Source: Thalia democratica (lineage: Eukaryota). Taken from it: 64,000 nucleotides of DNA. Under the pieces are notes generated by a model, which saw nothing but the letters and a program-made list of their open reading frames with translations, had not been told where the DNA came from and did not search any database. The position numbers were made by a program, and so were the translations under genes. The stretch is from NCBI GenBank assembly GCA_965202585.1, contig OZ241833.1:23374001-23438000 (forward strand). Reading direction: 5' to 3'. This document shows positions 36,321 to 49,740 of this stretch, piece by piece. Every line of letters starts with the position of its first letter. Positions within the stretch are counted from its first letter, which is position 1.

Positions 36321-39300
36321 ATGAAAACAAGCTTCACTACTAAATTAAAGATTGGTTTTTCTGGCATTGTCCTGCTAGCAATTTTAACATTTGCTCATAA
36401 TGAGTTTACTCACTCTAACACTACTGAAGGTGTTTTTTCACAGGTAATAACTTTTAAAATGAAATTCATAAAAGCTTTATGTAAAGTGTTAAAAAAAGAA
36501 TATTATTCTGATTGTTACTTAAATTAATGTTAATTTTCAATTTAAAAGTATTCATAAACCTTTTTCTTTGGAGGTTTTCTGTTTAATTAGCAGTTGTCTT
36601 TTAAATAGTTTTTAGACTGACACTTTTTCTATAGTTGATTTTTACAAATTTATAGCTCTTTTTTTGACTATTTTAAATATAATAAATTGGTTGTTAAGTA
36701 TTTTCTTGAATGTGTTCTATATAGTTTTTATACATTTAAAAAAAGTTTGTAATTCAAAAACTTGTTTTTTTTTTCTTAAAGTTAGATAGGTTTACAATCT
36801 GTGTCAAAAGAAAATAGATTTTATGATTAAAAACTTTCAAAGGTGATGAGTCACATCAGGCAGTTGCGAAGTGAAAATGAAGAACTCAGAGAGGAGCTGA
36901 AAATTGTAAAGAAAAACAAAGACTATCCTAAAGTAAAGTTTCTTGCCGAACATGAAAGAAAAAGAATACTTGTTACGGGAGGTAAATTAATGTTGTTGGA
37001 TAGTTAAAAAATTGTAAAGTTTATGCCTAGATAAATATTCAACTTTTTATATATTCTTAAATTAATCAAAAACAAAATGAGGTACCTGTTTTGTTTATAT
37101 ATGCTTCAAAATATTTAAATATAAGTTTTATAAAAATTACGGAATGTCAAAGTTTAATTTAATTGTTACTAAATTGAAAAAACCAAATGTTGATTTAGAT
37201 CGTGTTTTGTTGAAATTATTTAGCTTTGAATTATTTAAAAACTCTGCTTGCAGTTAAATTTTATTGTTTGGTTCCTGTTAATTTAACATTTCTTTTTGTA
37301 ATCTAATTTAATAATATTATGTTTTAGTTATAACTAAGGCTTATTTTTAGTTAGTTTAGCTACAACATTAGTTTAAAAACAAAAGAGTAAACTTTTTTAA
37401 GAAATGGAATTTAAATTTTTTGTAAGCACTAGTTTTTATGTAAAATGTCGTTATATTTTCAGTTATGTTGATGTGATACAAATAAAAACTTATGTTTTTA
37501 TTCTTGAAGATATTTTTTTAATCTTAGTGATTAAACCAAAAGCATACATTTATAGTTATAAAGTAAATTAGTGATAAATTTTAAATTAATATAATTATTT
37601 TAAGTTGTAAATTCATTAATTTAGGTGCTGGGTTTGTTGGAAGTCATCTTGTAGACAAACTAATGCAACAAGGTCACGAAGTTACTGTGGTAGACAACTT
37701 TTTCACTGGAAGGTTCTATTTATTTGTTTTTTATTTTTGTATTACTTGTAATTTGTGAGCTATAATAACTTTCAGAAAAAATTATTGAAACTTTTTTATG
37801 TAAATTTTAAGTTCTTATAAATAAAGTTAAAATTGAAGCAATTTATTTTTTATAATTTAAAGTATTCTTCATTTTTTAATAAATTTTTTCATATAAAATC
37901 AGGGCTGCCAAAATTTCTGGAGTCCTGAAAAGACCTAGAGTTTGACAATCTAGGCAAAAAAAAACTGGATGTTGGGAAAGTTTGAAGAAACCTCGAATTT
38001 TAGACTATTTTTACATGTAAAGTAACAAAATTTTGATTAGGTAGAAATGTCAATCCTAAAAAAAAATCTAATATAATTTTTTTTCAATTAAGAAAGCTTT
38101 TAAAGTAGCTTTATAGTGTATCTTTTAAATGTTGTTAAATTTTTAAAGACAGTTTTTTTTTTACCTTCAGCAAGGTTGCCCAAAAAACCTGGAATTTTAA
38201 ACAATTTTTACATTTTAAGTAGTAAGATTTTAATTTGGAACGACAATCTACCACATAAATAAATAAAAAATTGTCATTATCAAAACATTTTTTATTAAAA
38301 AACACACTTAAAGAAGCTTTACAGTATTTAATGTTGTTATACTACTTAGCACAGTTTTAAACCTTAAACTTAGCTTTAAACTAAAAATAGACCCAAAAAT
38401 GTGACCTTTTAAAAACCTGGAAGAAATTTAGAAAACGTGGAAAAATTTGCTCAAAAAGTTTGGCAACCCTGCCTTTGTTTTCTTTTATACTAAAAATAAA
38501 TCGAAAAACTTGTTTTTTAGAATCCTGGATAAATTTTACAAAAAACTTTTGGCAACCCTGTAAAATGTACATTTGCATATAGTACAATAACTTTATAAGA
38601 AGTTCCTAATAGTAATTTATTGTAAAACTTTAAATAGTACAGAATAGACTGTTCATTAATTTGTTAAGTTTAAAGTTGAAAAGATACTTTTAAAACTGCT
38701 TAACTTTAATGATTACTTATGTTTTTTATTGCATAATAAATATTACATATACAGATTTTCGTAAATTAGGTAATTTCTTTGTATACCCATCCTATGTATC
38801 CATTAACTACATAAAACAGCACTATAAGTTTTGGAATTCAATTCAAATTAACTTTATTTGTAGCATATTGTTTAAAAATACTAATAGATGTTGAATAAGT
38901 CTTGTAATACCATTTATCGGCATACAAAAGGCTGGTTTTATTACTAAACTTGACTAGTTGATAAGTGGGTACGTTTTATAATCTAATAAGCATTTTTGAT
39001 CAACATTATAATTTTAAACTAATATCTATCACTCAATAGGGTTTGCTAAAAAATGTTTTAAATAGTTTAAATAATTCAAATTAATTAAACTAGTTGATCA
39101 TTTAAAAATTTGAATGTATGTAAAAGTTCATTAATCTTAGTAAGTGATAGTTGTAGTGTCAGCGGTGAGCAGCAAAACAAATAATTCCTAGATTACTTTA
39201 ATTTTATTTTATTAAACTTATAATTACATAATAAGTTAGCTTCTTTAATTTAAGCAGTTTATAATATTTCAATTTAATTTGCTTTACAACTTACGTTACC

Positions 39301-42300
39301 AATTCATTTTTTACATAATATTAAAAAAGCTGATGTATTACTCTTAAATAAACTAATGGCTAAAATCACTCGTAAATGAAACTTATATAATTTTACGTGT
39401 TTATTTTACATAGTTACAAGTTATCATAACTACAGAAAACGCAACGTGGAGCATTGGATTGGTCACGAGAATTTCGAGCTTCTTAATCATGACGTCATAC
39501 AGCCGCTTTACATTGAAGTGCATCAGATATACCATCTTGCCTGCCCTGCATCCCCGCCCCATTACATGTACAACCCTATAAAGACCATTAAAACTTCATC
39601 CATGGGTTAGTTGTTGAAGCGTATGTTTGTTAATTGATTTCGTAGTTGAAATACCTGAAAACTTAAAAGTTTCTTTTGTTTTTATTTGATGAAGTATTGT
39701 TATTATAAACATACTACTTTTTTTTTCATTTTTTTTAACTATGTTTGTGTTTTAACTTTCCAAATTTTTTAAAATACTTTGTTAAAAGTTGCTACAAAAC
39801 CTTGAATCCTGGAAAACCCTGAGTTTGACAATTTAGGCTAAACTTAAATTTTGAACACAAATCACTAAAAAACTGGAAAAACCTAGAATTTTCAACAATT
39901 TTTACATGTTAAGTAGTAAAGTTTTTATATGACACAAAAAATCTATCATATAGATAAATTTTTTAGTCATCATTAAAGTGTTTTTATTAAAAAACGCATT
40001 TACAGTAGCTTTACAGTATATTTTCAATATTGTAATACAATTTTACACAGTTTTTTACCTTAAATTAATTTTAATAAAAATAGACCCAAAAACGTGCACT
40101 TTATAGAAGCTTGAGAAAGTTTGCCCAAAACAATTGGCAACCCTGTTTGTTTTGTAATATACATCCAAATCTGGTTAAAAATTAACACCTTAAGAGCCTT
40201 GTGGATTACCCCAGGACTGTTATTAACATTATTGCTAAGGTTTAACCATAGTGAAGGTTGCTTAAAAGGTAACTTGGCTATATCTAGGCTAGTAGAGGGT
40301 GGCTGATAATTAGGGTCCAGCATTTTGATCTACTTTTAAATGTAAAATATTGCAAACACCTAAATACAATCAAAACAGGCAAAACTGTTAAATATCAAAT
40401 TTATTAAAAATGTTAGTTCGTTTAATGACTAACCAAAGAAGTATACCATAAAAAATTGTCACTGTGTATAATTCTGACATTTCCCCATTACAAATGTTTC
40501 AAAAAGTTTTTATCATAGCTAAGCCATTCTTTATACTTCTGTGTATCAAATATAAACTAGTTAATTATTTTTTTTGTACATTGTACTTTTTGAAAATGTT
40601 TCTTTTGGTTTTATTTTTTATATTTTGCATCAGGTAAACATGTTAAAAAAAAGAAACATTAAGACATTTTTACATTACTTACACTATATATACAAACAAA
40701 CAGCATTTTAAGGGCAATGTGGTTGTGAAAAACTTTACAACTTGATCTTATTTCGTAGATTTTTAACAAAGCTACAAGTTGCTTTTCACAGATTTTTATT
40801 AATTAAACAGTTTTTTGACATATAGCTGGTTAAAGTCGGTCAGTAAAATAGGTTCCTTAAGGTAAAAAAAAATTAAGCACTGAATAAATAGAAATCACTA
40901 AAAGTCAGTCTCTTCTTTAAGAAAAATTACTCAAGTTTTTAGGAGGTGTTCATTGCAAAATCTGTAGTAACATTTAAAAAATAAAAGTTTTACAACCAAA
41001 TGACAAAAAATTAAAAATAAAATCATAAAATTTTCTTACGACCCTAATCCCTTAACTATCTCTTAATTTAAACATCTGATTTGCTAACAGGAACGATCAA
41101 CATGCTGGGGCTTGCGAAACGCACCTCCGCCACCATGCTGCTGGCGTCCACCTCCGAGGTGTACGGGGATCCGGAAGAGCACCCGCAGAAGGAAACTTAC
41201 TGGGGTCACGTCAACCCGATTGGGCCCCGCGCTTGCTACGATGAGGGCAAGAGGGTTGCAGAGACGATGTGTTACGCATATAACAAGCAAGGCGGCGTCG
41301 ACGTCAGAGTTGCCAGGTTAGAACTTGTTTTTAGTTACATGTTTTAACGAGTACATTTTAAAAAGAAGTTGAAGAATGATAAAACTAATTATAGGACCAT
41401 AAACTAATTTAACCCTGGTATGTTTTAATCATCACTGTCATAGTTCAGTGATAAATAAATGTATAATTTTAATTTTACTTATAATGAATACACTATACAA
41501 CTTACTAATGTCTGAAATTTATTTTTAAAGAGACACACAGTATTTTCTATGCTACTTATAAGTAGTTGTAAACATAACTAACATCTACTTATACTTAAAA
41601 AAGCATTATGTTCCATGATTTTCGAGTACTTATCTGTCAACTCAGAAGTCTCTGTTTTGGTGCTGCTCAGCCAACCAAGTAACAGCGCATATTTTTAACA
41701 GAATATTCAACACTTACGGGCCGCGCATGCACATGAAGGACGGTCGTGTGGTCAGCAATTTCATACTGCAAGCGCTGAAGGACGAGAACATTACCATATA
41801 CGGGGACGGTACGAACACCAGAAGCTTGCAGTACGTCTCCGATCTGGTTAACGGACTCATTGCGCTCATGAATTCTGACGTCATCAGTCCGGTTAGTATT
41901 TAAAAACACTTTTTTTCGTAAAATGATCAGTATAAGTTTGAAATTTCAGCTGAAAAGTTTTTAGAGTCTTATAGTAGGTTGAACTTAAAGGACATGTATT
42001 TAAATATACTATCTAGCTAAATAGGTTTTTTAATAAAATGGATTCTTCTGTACAATCATAATATAGTACTAAAAAATGCACAAGTTCATTATGCAACTTT
42101 ATTCAATGCAGATTATTTACACCTTCTCTCGCAGGTGAACCTCGGTAATCCCTCCGAGCTGACCATCAAGGAGTTCGCTGAAACCGTCAAGCGCACGCTG
42201 GACAGCAAGTCGCAGATCGTGCACAAGCCGCCGGTGACCGACGACCCGAAGAAGAGGAAGCCGGACATCACGAAGGCCAGGCAGGTGCTCAACTGGGAAC

Positions 42301-42410
42301 CGCTGGTGCCGCTGGAGAAGGGACTGGCCAAGACGATCCAGTACTTCAAGGACGAGCTGGCGCAGGAGGAGGGAAACAAGAGAAACGTTTTCCTGCCCGA
42401 AGAGTTGTAA
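36321..42410 (+). CDS. UXS1: UDP-glucuronic acid decarboxylase 1 (UDP-xylose synthase), 403 aa; exons 36321-36443, 36843-36981, 37625-37712, 39436-39605, 41091-41316, 41702-41891, 42135-42410
   Basis: The spliced product contains [89 protein letters not shown] and [10 protein letters not shown]. Exon 1 encodes a type II signal anchor. All junctions are GT-AG, phases are consistent and the total is 1212 nt. Exon 1 is the least certain. Confidence 0.95.
37900..38560. mobile_element. CAGGG-ended MITE (nested or compound) with 6-bp TSD TAAAAT, in UXS1 intron 3
   Basis: CAGGGCTGCCA...TGGCAACCCTG, with TAAAAT at 37894-37899 and 38561-38566. Extra internal ends at about 38171 and 38471. Confidence 0.75.
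39784..40145. mobile_element. Same MITE family, 6-bp TSD TTTGTT, in UXS1 intron 4
   Basis: Degenerate left end AAAAGTTGCTA and right end TGGCAACCCTG, with TTTGTT at 39778-39783 and 40146-40151. The body matches the 35232 copy. Confidence 0.7.
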
Positions 42411-44038
42411 TGCGGGCATGAGAGTGCACAAATGACATCAGATTTTTCGGACTTTTTACATTCTATTTGTTAATAAAACTTACTGGTAAAATTTATATGT
42501 TGTTGCGAGTGTGCGAATCATAGTAGTATTGTTCTGCAGGGTTAATTTAATTTTCTTTTTTATGTTATTGAACTAGATTATCTAAGTGCTTACTAATTAA
42601 AGTTAATAAATGAAACGGTGAAGAATTACAAGTTGATTTCTAATTTTTGATTCATTAGTTTAGTTATTACGAGTAAAAGAAACTTTACTTCACACCCTAA
42701 GATTTTAGCATGGTGTTTATTAAGGACTTCCAAAATTGTTTGTGTATAAACTTTTGAATACAAGCTGGTAAATTTGATAAAGTAAAGCAGTCAAACCAAA
42801 AAAAAACTTTTTGAGTACATACAGTTCTAAAGCCAAATTTTCGAAGTTCTATAAAGCAAAGGACAAAAACTGAAATTGATTATCTACTTATTTTTAAAGT
42901 TTTTTCTATACCTTTAAACTAGTAAGCATTTGATCACTAATATTTTCTTTTACCTATAGTTTTTCATTTGTATACACAAACTTAATTAATTAAGAGAGCT
43001 TATGTTACAGTATTTAATTTTCAATTTATGTTTCTCTTATTATAAAAAGTAAAATATATCGATATACCTCACTTTTGTTCTATCACTTTCATTTATCACT
43101 CTTTTTCTCTATTTTAATTTATAAAGTTGGTCAAGAAACCAATAGGGCTTTTAAATTTATGTTTATGATATTATTTCTAAGTACAAAAACTATTGTTAAT
43201 AGCATTGAGTAAAGTTTATTTTCATTTGTACATATTTCTAATTTAATAAAACAAAATAGTATAGAGCTATACATGTAAACTCTTTATGCAATTTTATATT
43301 CGTTTCTGCTATGATGTTATATTTTAAAAACTAAATCTCTGAAGGGTATTTGTATTTACTATTATATTATACAGTTTCTTAAATTTAGATGACAAAACTG
43401 ACTATTTAACTTTTTATGAAAGTTGTTCTTGTCTTTTTTTTTTTTGATTCTTTTAAAATCTAGTCTTTATATTTATGCAATATTTATTTGATATTATTTT
43501 TCGAGTGCACATTTTACCCCACTAACATTTCACTTTTTATAGCCATACACTTGAATATATTTATTTTTCATTTTTAACATTGAAAAAACTATTAAAAGAA
43601 GTGGCATAGTTCAGTAAGATTTAAACATACTAGAATGTTTTTATTTAACTTTCATGATTAACAAAATATAAAACGTATTAAATGTTTAAAGCAGAGCTTA
43701 CTTAGGTTGAAATTTCAAAATTTAGTTTGTACGTGAATTTATACAATGTGCCATGTTACGTATTTTAATTGGGCAATTGAACTCTTTGCATGATTTTATC
43801 CGCAATAATTTATATTTTCTCACGTTGCAGTCTCCATATATATTTTAAAGCAGTCAAGTTAAAAAAAATAATGTTTTGATGAATGCTTCATGCACATAAA
43901 AATTATTTATTTTTGTACTTTTGTTCACAATCTTAAGTCACTTTGCAAATCCCATATGATAATTGTAAATGATAAATTTATTTATACACGGATGTTTAAA
44001 TTTTTCTGCAGAATTAAACAAATTAACATACACGTAAA

Positions 44039-47000
44039 ATGGCAAACACCCAGGAAATAGTGGAAGGGTTCCAGAACCTGAGCCAGGAACAGAAGATGAT
44101 CGCGCAGCAATTGACCAAGGTTGACAGCGAGAAGTCGGAGCACGCAGTCACCATTGAGGCTTTGAAAGATGTTCGTTTTAAAACTCATTATGAATATTTT
44201 ATGACTCTTTGTTTACTTAATTTTTATTTTTTTTGAACATCTGCTGTTTTAAACGTGCTGCTAAAATATTTAAAATTTGCAAGCAAGTCAAAAATTAAAC
44301 TGTTTCGTCACGAAATATTCAAATACGTATAAAACTAAACAAAAGTGTTAGATTTAAACGTGACAAAACTTTCAACACAACTTACCAACTGTTTCAAACA
44401 GATAGACGCGGGAAGGCAGTGTTACAGGCTCGTGGGAGGAGTGCTGATGGAAAGAACGGTTGGGGAGGTGATGCCCGCGTTGAAGCTCAACCTGGACAGG
44501 TTGACGCAGGTGAGCGAAGAGCTGAAGAAGAAGGTCATCGAGAAGGGACATGAGATACAGGCCTACCAGGAGAAGCACAAGATCAGGTATTTTTATGATT
44601 AAATGTTAAGCTTGTGAGTAAAACCTTCTATTTGAAAGGAATGAAATATAGTTTATGGAGTTATGGTTTGTAATTTATTTTAAATAACAAGCAGAGGGTT
44701 GCTACTCGGTCAAGAAATCAGGAAAAATTTAAAAAATCACAAAAGTCAGGAAAAAATGGGGGGTTTTGAAAAAAAGTCAGGAAATTTGATAAAATTAAAA
44801 AAAAAGTCAGATATTGTCAGTTTAAATTTAAAAAATTCCAAAATTTTCCTAGAAATTTACAAAAATATTTAATTTTATTTCCAATACCTTCATCTGGTAT
44901 AAATTAGTAAAATATCCTTTACAAAACTGCAAAAATATTCTTTTAACATATTGAACAAGTACCCTACTTGAACAAGCAGATTTTGTAAGCTTTTTAGTAT
45001 TGATGATCTGTAGCAAGGACACTTCCATAGTGAAACTGTGAAATATACACAAAAGTTTATCTAGCATAATTTTAGAATCAAAATATTTTTTGTTTAAGTA
45101 AATAATTGAGTTCTTTATAACTAAGCAGTTAGTTTAGTATTTTATGTAACAAGTTAATGTGTATACTTTACCTCTTTATAATTTTTTCAAAGTTGTTTAA
45201 ATGTATAAAATAAGTTATAAGAGAGGTATATGCCAAGATTAAGTTTACTTAATATTTGTATTTTTTGTAGAGTAACTTAAGTTTTTAAAGTAAATAAGAG
45301 TATATTTATTTGTTACAAATTTTATACTAAATGATAAGAGGAAATATTTTATAAATGAAAGTAAAAATAAATGAGTGCCAAAAGAAAAAAATTGAAGCCC
45401 ACAAGTTGTGGCTTTATTTAGAGAAAAGATTCTCTTCAACAAGTGTAGGGGCAGCAGATGAGAGCGATTTAAATAAAATGAGGCAAATGATTTTAACTGC
45501 CAAGAAAATGAAGCGGAATGCAGTTCAGATGAAGGAAACCATATCTTCATTAGATGAAGAGGTTGAAGTGCTAATAAAAAAAAACGGAGAAAATAAATTT
45601 TAGTACATACATTTAAAAAAACAGTATTTGATTAAGTTTTTTATTGTTTTAATGTTTTAACTGTAAAAGTTGGTTATTGTTTTAAGGTTTGAGTTGTGAA
45701 AGTTCCTTATATGTCGTTTCGTTTATTTAGATACATTTATGCTAGGAAATTCTAAAAAATTGTGTTGTTTATTGTTTTAAGGTTCCAACTGAAAAAATTT
45801 GTTATTGTTTTAAGATTTTAGTTGTGAAAGTTCGTTATTAATTCAAGGTTTTAATTGTAAAAGTTCCTGATATGTTGTTTGTTTATCTAGATACATTTAT
45901 GCTAGGAAATGCTAAATTTTTTTGTCTTTTTTCAGACAAGCTGTGTTTATAAGGTAATAATACAAGTATTTTGCTGATAGAGCTGTTTATTACAAACATC
46001 AATCATACACAGATGGTTTAAGTGATGTACTGGAAGTTTGATGATAGAAGTTCACATATGCAAATAAGTTGAAAATTTAACATTATCATGTCTTATCCTG
46101 ATAATTATGATTTTATAATAGATTTAAAAGACTTCAAACTGAAAACTCAAGTATTTTGTTTAGATGTCTATTAAACTTGGTTTGGTTTGTAAAAAGTATT
46201 TTTAAGTTTAAATATTGGATTTTACATTTTTAATAAACAATTAAGTTCATAGATGTAATGCTTTATTTAAGTCGAGTTTGACTATTAAAATTAATTTACA
46301 CCAACAATTTTTTTTTACCGTAAAAATAGGTTTATTTAAAAAACAAGTTTGACTGTATTATTACAAAATCTATTTATTTTAATTTGAGCATTTCGACCAA
46401 ACCTTTTTAAAAACAAACTCTGTATCTGAAGATAAAACTTTTGATAGTAAGTTTTGTTACAAAAAAATATATAATGAAATGCAAACTTACTTTATTTTTG
46501 TAACAAAGATTTTTATTTCCGTTCCACATGTTGTTAAGTGACTTTTTAAATAAGTTAATTTATCTATACGTAAGTATGTAAAAGCTCAAGTTTAAAAATG
46601 TTTTAAGCTACAATATGTTGACGCTAAATGTAAATGACTATAAAAGACAAGTTTATCTTCAAAAACTACTTGTTTTCATTGGAGCATTTCAACCGTGCCT
46701 TTTTAACAATGCCTTCTGCTTTTGAAGAGATAAACTTATATTTTTGTTAGTTCAATTTTCTATTAAACTAAATTTATAATCAAATACAAACTTACTTGAT
46801 TATTTTTACAAATTTTCTTGTGTGCTTTCCATATTTTCCTGAATGACTGAAACGAAACTTTTCAATTTTATTAATTTATCTATACAAGCGCAAGATGTCA
46901 AGCTGTAAAAGTGTTTATAAACTACATATATATTAACACGTTAAATAAAAACTACTATAAGCCTATTAATAAAAATTTATCGCAACAAACTCCATAGGAT

Positions 47001-47088
47001 AACGAAAGGCGACAATGGATCGAATCAAGACGGGGCGAGTGGCGACAACAAACAGCAGAAAAGCTCGTCTGGAGTGCTTGTTAAGTAA
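44039..47088 (+). CDS. PFDN2: Prefoldin subunit 2, 135 aa; exons 44039-44170, 44402-44586, 46998-47088
   Basis: Product MANTQEIVEGFQNLSQEQ...KSEHAVTIEALKD|IDAGRQCYRLVGGVLMERTVGEVMPAL...YQEKHKIR|ITK...KSSSGVLVK*. RLVGGVL.ERTV.EV.PAL and the terminal SSGVLV are PFDN2 signatures. Phases 0 and 2 are consistent. Confidence 0.93.
44691..44850 (+). mobile_element. MITE left-end relic with AGTCAGGAAA subrepeats
   Basis: CAGAGGGTTGCTACTC followed by four (AG/AA)TCAG(G)A(AA) repeats. No matching right end found. Confidence 0.4.
46380..46960. repeat. Old ~300-bp tandem duplication in PFDN2 intron 2
   Basis: GAGCATTTC.ACC...CCTTTTTAA, CAAACTTACTT and TTAATTTATCTATAC..G blocks each recur about 300 bp apart. 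Confidence 0.55.
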
Positions 47089-49359
47089 TAAGCAAGTTTT
47101 TATTAACAATTCGCAGTTTAAAGCCGTTAACTGACTTTGTCTACTTGTTTATTATGTAATTTAGTTAAATTTTTTGATAAGTTTTATGTAACAGTGAAAG
47201 TTAGACAAACTTTGAATTTTTTTTATGCAAGGTTTTTTGAGTTTAAAAGTTGCGAATGTAAGAAAAAAAAACTTCAATATTTTGAATTTGCTGTTTTATT
47301 TATTTTTGATCTCTTGACACACAATAAAAGCGTTATATAGTAGTGGCTCATTTGTTAGTTATAAAATTATTTTGTTGTTTTTTCTACTTTTGAATGAAAT
47401 AATTACAATGTTTAATAAATAAAGTTTGATGTAAATTTTTTGTCAGTGATAAGACATGTTTCAAAAAGTGTTTAACTGTCAAATTTTTAGATTTATTGCT
47501 GTCATCAGTAGGTATAAGTTGATAAACTCAAAAATTTAATCAATTATCTTCGAGCTTCCAGATAAAAAACGTATAGATAAGCTCACGTTTTGATTATAAG
47601 TTTTATGTAGATATATTATGTAATATTATAGTAATATAAATTAATAGATTACCAACATTTCACAGCAGTAATTTATATACTACACTGTTACAGTAATTTT
47701 CCCAGCTTGTTACAATCAAAAAAAGTAATTAGTACTTTTAAATTAATTAAGTATTTTAACTAAGTTTACAAACTATTTACCACCCTTGTTTATATGCTTA
47801 CTTAATAATATATTTTAGTAAAGAATTTTTTGGACAAGTGTACAGTGTTTATGTAAATAACATTTATGCAGTGAAAATATTTACAAAAAAAGAATTACAG
47901 TTAAAGTAGAAACAATTACAAAATTTTACTTTACAACCTTTTTTAAATGCAACAAGTTTTAACTAAAGTAATTTCTATACCATTATAAAAACAAAATGTA
48001 AAAATAAATAAGCTTTCTTTATTGTAAAGGTCTTTTTTAAACTAGAATTAATTTATCTAATCTTGTAAAAATATTTGTAGTTAAACCAAATCTGCGGTTG
48101 TTGAAAGGTTTTTAAATCATCTTTCTCAAATTTACAAAGCTGCTTAAAAATTTATAAGTGTTTTCTGAATGAAACTTTTCTTCTAAAATCGGAATTAGAT
48201 AACTCAAAGTAGTCCGTTTATGTACATATAATAAAGTAAAATCCTCATGTACAAGATAGCTGTACTTACATTTTTAGTTCTGAGTTGCTGTTTAAAATCT
48301 AAATTAATGATAGAATAAACGAGTGCAAGAAATATAATACACAAAATATTCAATCATTGGTTACACCTTAGTTTAACTTAGTGGTTTTCAAATTGTAAAC
48401 GAAATATATTTAGGTCTGCATAAGTTTTTCAGGTTGAGCTGTAAAGAAAAATTAAACTTTTATAAATTTTTTTACGATGAAATTTTGCATTAAAGCTAAT
48501 TTAAGTCCTGTTAGCTTGGTTTTTTTTTTTGACCATTTTATTTAAAACCACTATTTTTGTAAATTTTAATACTTTCAATGTAAATATATCAATAATGTAA
48601 AATATATTTTCCTGAAAAAATTCCCAAAGAATCTTCTTAACGTAAATTTCATAGACTTACAAATGGAAAAGTTTAGTATACAACTTATTTTTTAGTTAAT
48701 AAAATGTTTTAGTTTAAGCTTTGTGCTACAATTAAAATTACTAAGTATAATTATGATGAAATATATTAATCAGCAATTCAATAATACTTTAACATACAGA
48801 ATCAACTTAATAAACAAATAGTTATACTTTTAATAAGTTTTGAACTAAAATACTATCAGATTTTTCCTATACTCCGTTTTTTCAGGTAACTCAATCTAGT
48901 CTTAAAATTTTCTAGTGCTGGCACTCTTCAGAGTTGCAAAAAAAACTAAAATACTAAAAAAATTAGAATTTGACTACTTAGGCTAAAACATCTGGAAAAT
49001 CCTAAAATTTTGAATAAAAAATTGTTAAATATTAAGAATTTTTACATTTTTAGTAACAAAGTTTCGAATAGACACAGAAATATATCATAAAGATTTTTTT
49101 TTTTCAAATCACAAAAAACGCATGTATTGTAGCTTTACAGTATCTTTTCAATGTTTTTATACTATCTAAGTCTTTTAAAACTTAAATTTAAACTATGAAT
49201 AGACTCAATAACTTGTACCTTGACAAACCAAATAAATTCAGAAAACCTGGAATAAGTTCCTGAATAACATTTGGCAAGCGTAGGACACTTAATTTACTCA
49301 GAATAACTTAAACTTTTAATAATATCTGTATGACTCTGGCCAGTGTGATTTTTTTTAAG

Positions 49360-49740
49360 CTCAGGGTAGTTTTGTTTTGAATTTTTTCATCTTAAATAAG
49401 ATTTAGCTGTTAAAGTTTCAGTATTTAAAAACTAAATAATCAATATTTTGTAAAACTAGATTTTTTTAGGAACTTTTAAAAACCTAGGATTACAGGACCG
49501 TTTATAGTCTTTCAGGATAGTTTTTTCGACCAAAGAATAACAACTCAGATTTTTCAAAATCTCAGGTCAACTTAAGCTCAGGGTTGCCTCTCACTCAGGA
49601 TACAACGGATATTTAGAAAATTTCAGGATGACTTAGTATAACTCAGGATTTTATAATATGTTTTATTAAATCAGGATAGTTTTGATTTTTTGTTAAATTC
49701 CAATTAGCTTTAAGGTTTCTAAAAATCTCATGGTTTTTTT
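49360..49740. repeat. Degenerate repeat family with CTCAGG(A/C/G)TAGTT subunits
   Basis: The motif recurs here and at 25380-25760, about 50600, 51030-51100 and, inverted, at 54490 and 55100-55230. A CAGGGTTGCC end lies at about 49580. Confidence 0.45.

Noticed and set aside
41091-42410. GC-rich UXS1 exons as possible bacterial HGT or contamination
   Set aside because: They are interrupted by AT-rich GT-AG introns, continue in frame with the AT-rich 5' exons, and the gene has an animal-type signal anchor.
41084-44578. Antisense and alternate-frame ORFs at 41084-41290, 41112-41321, 41667-41909, 42113-42379, 42117-42431, 43982-44188 and 44372-44578
   Set aside because: Shadow ORFs of the GC-rich UXS1 and PFDN2 exons, which lack stop codons in other frames.
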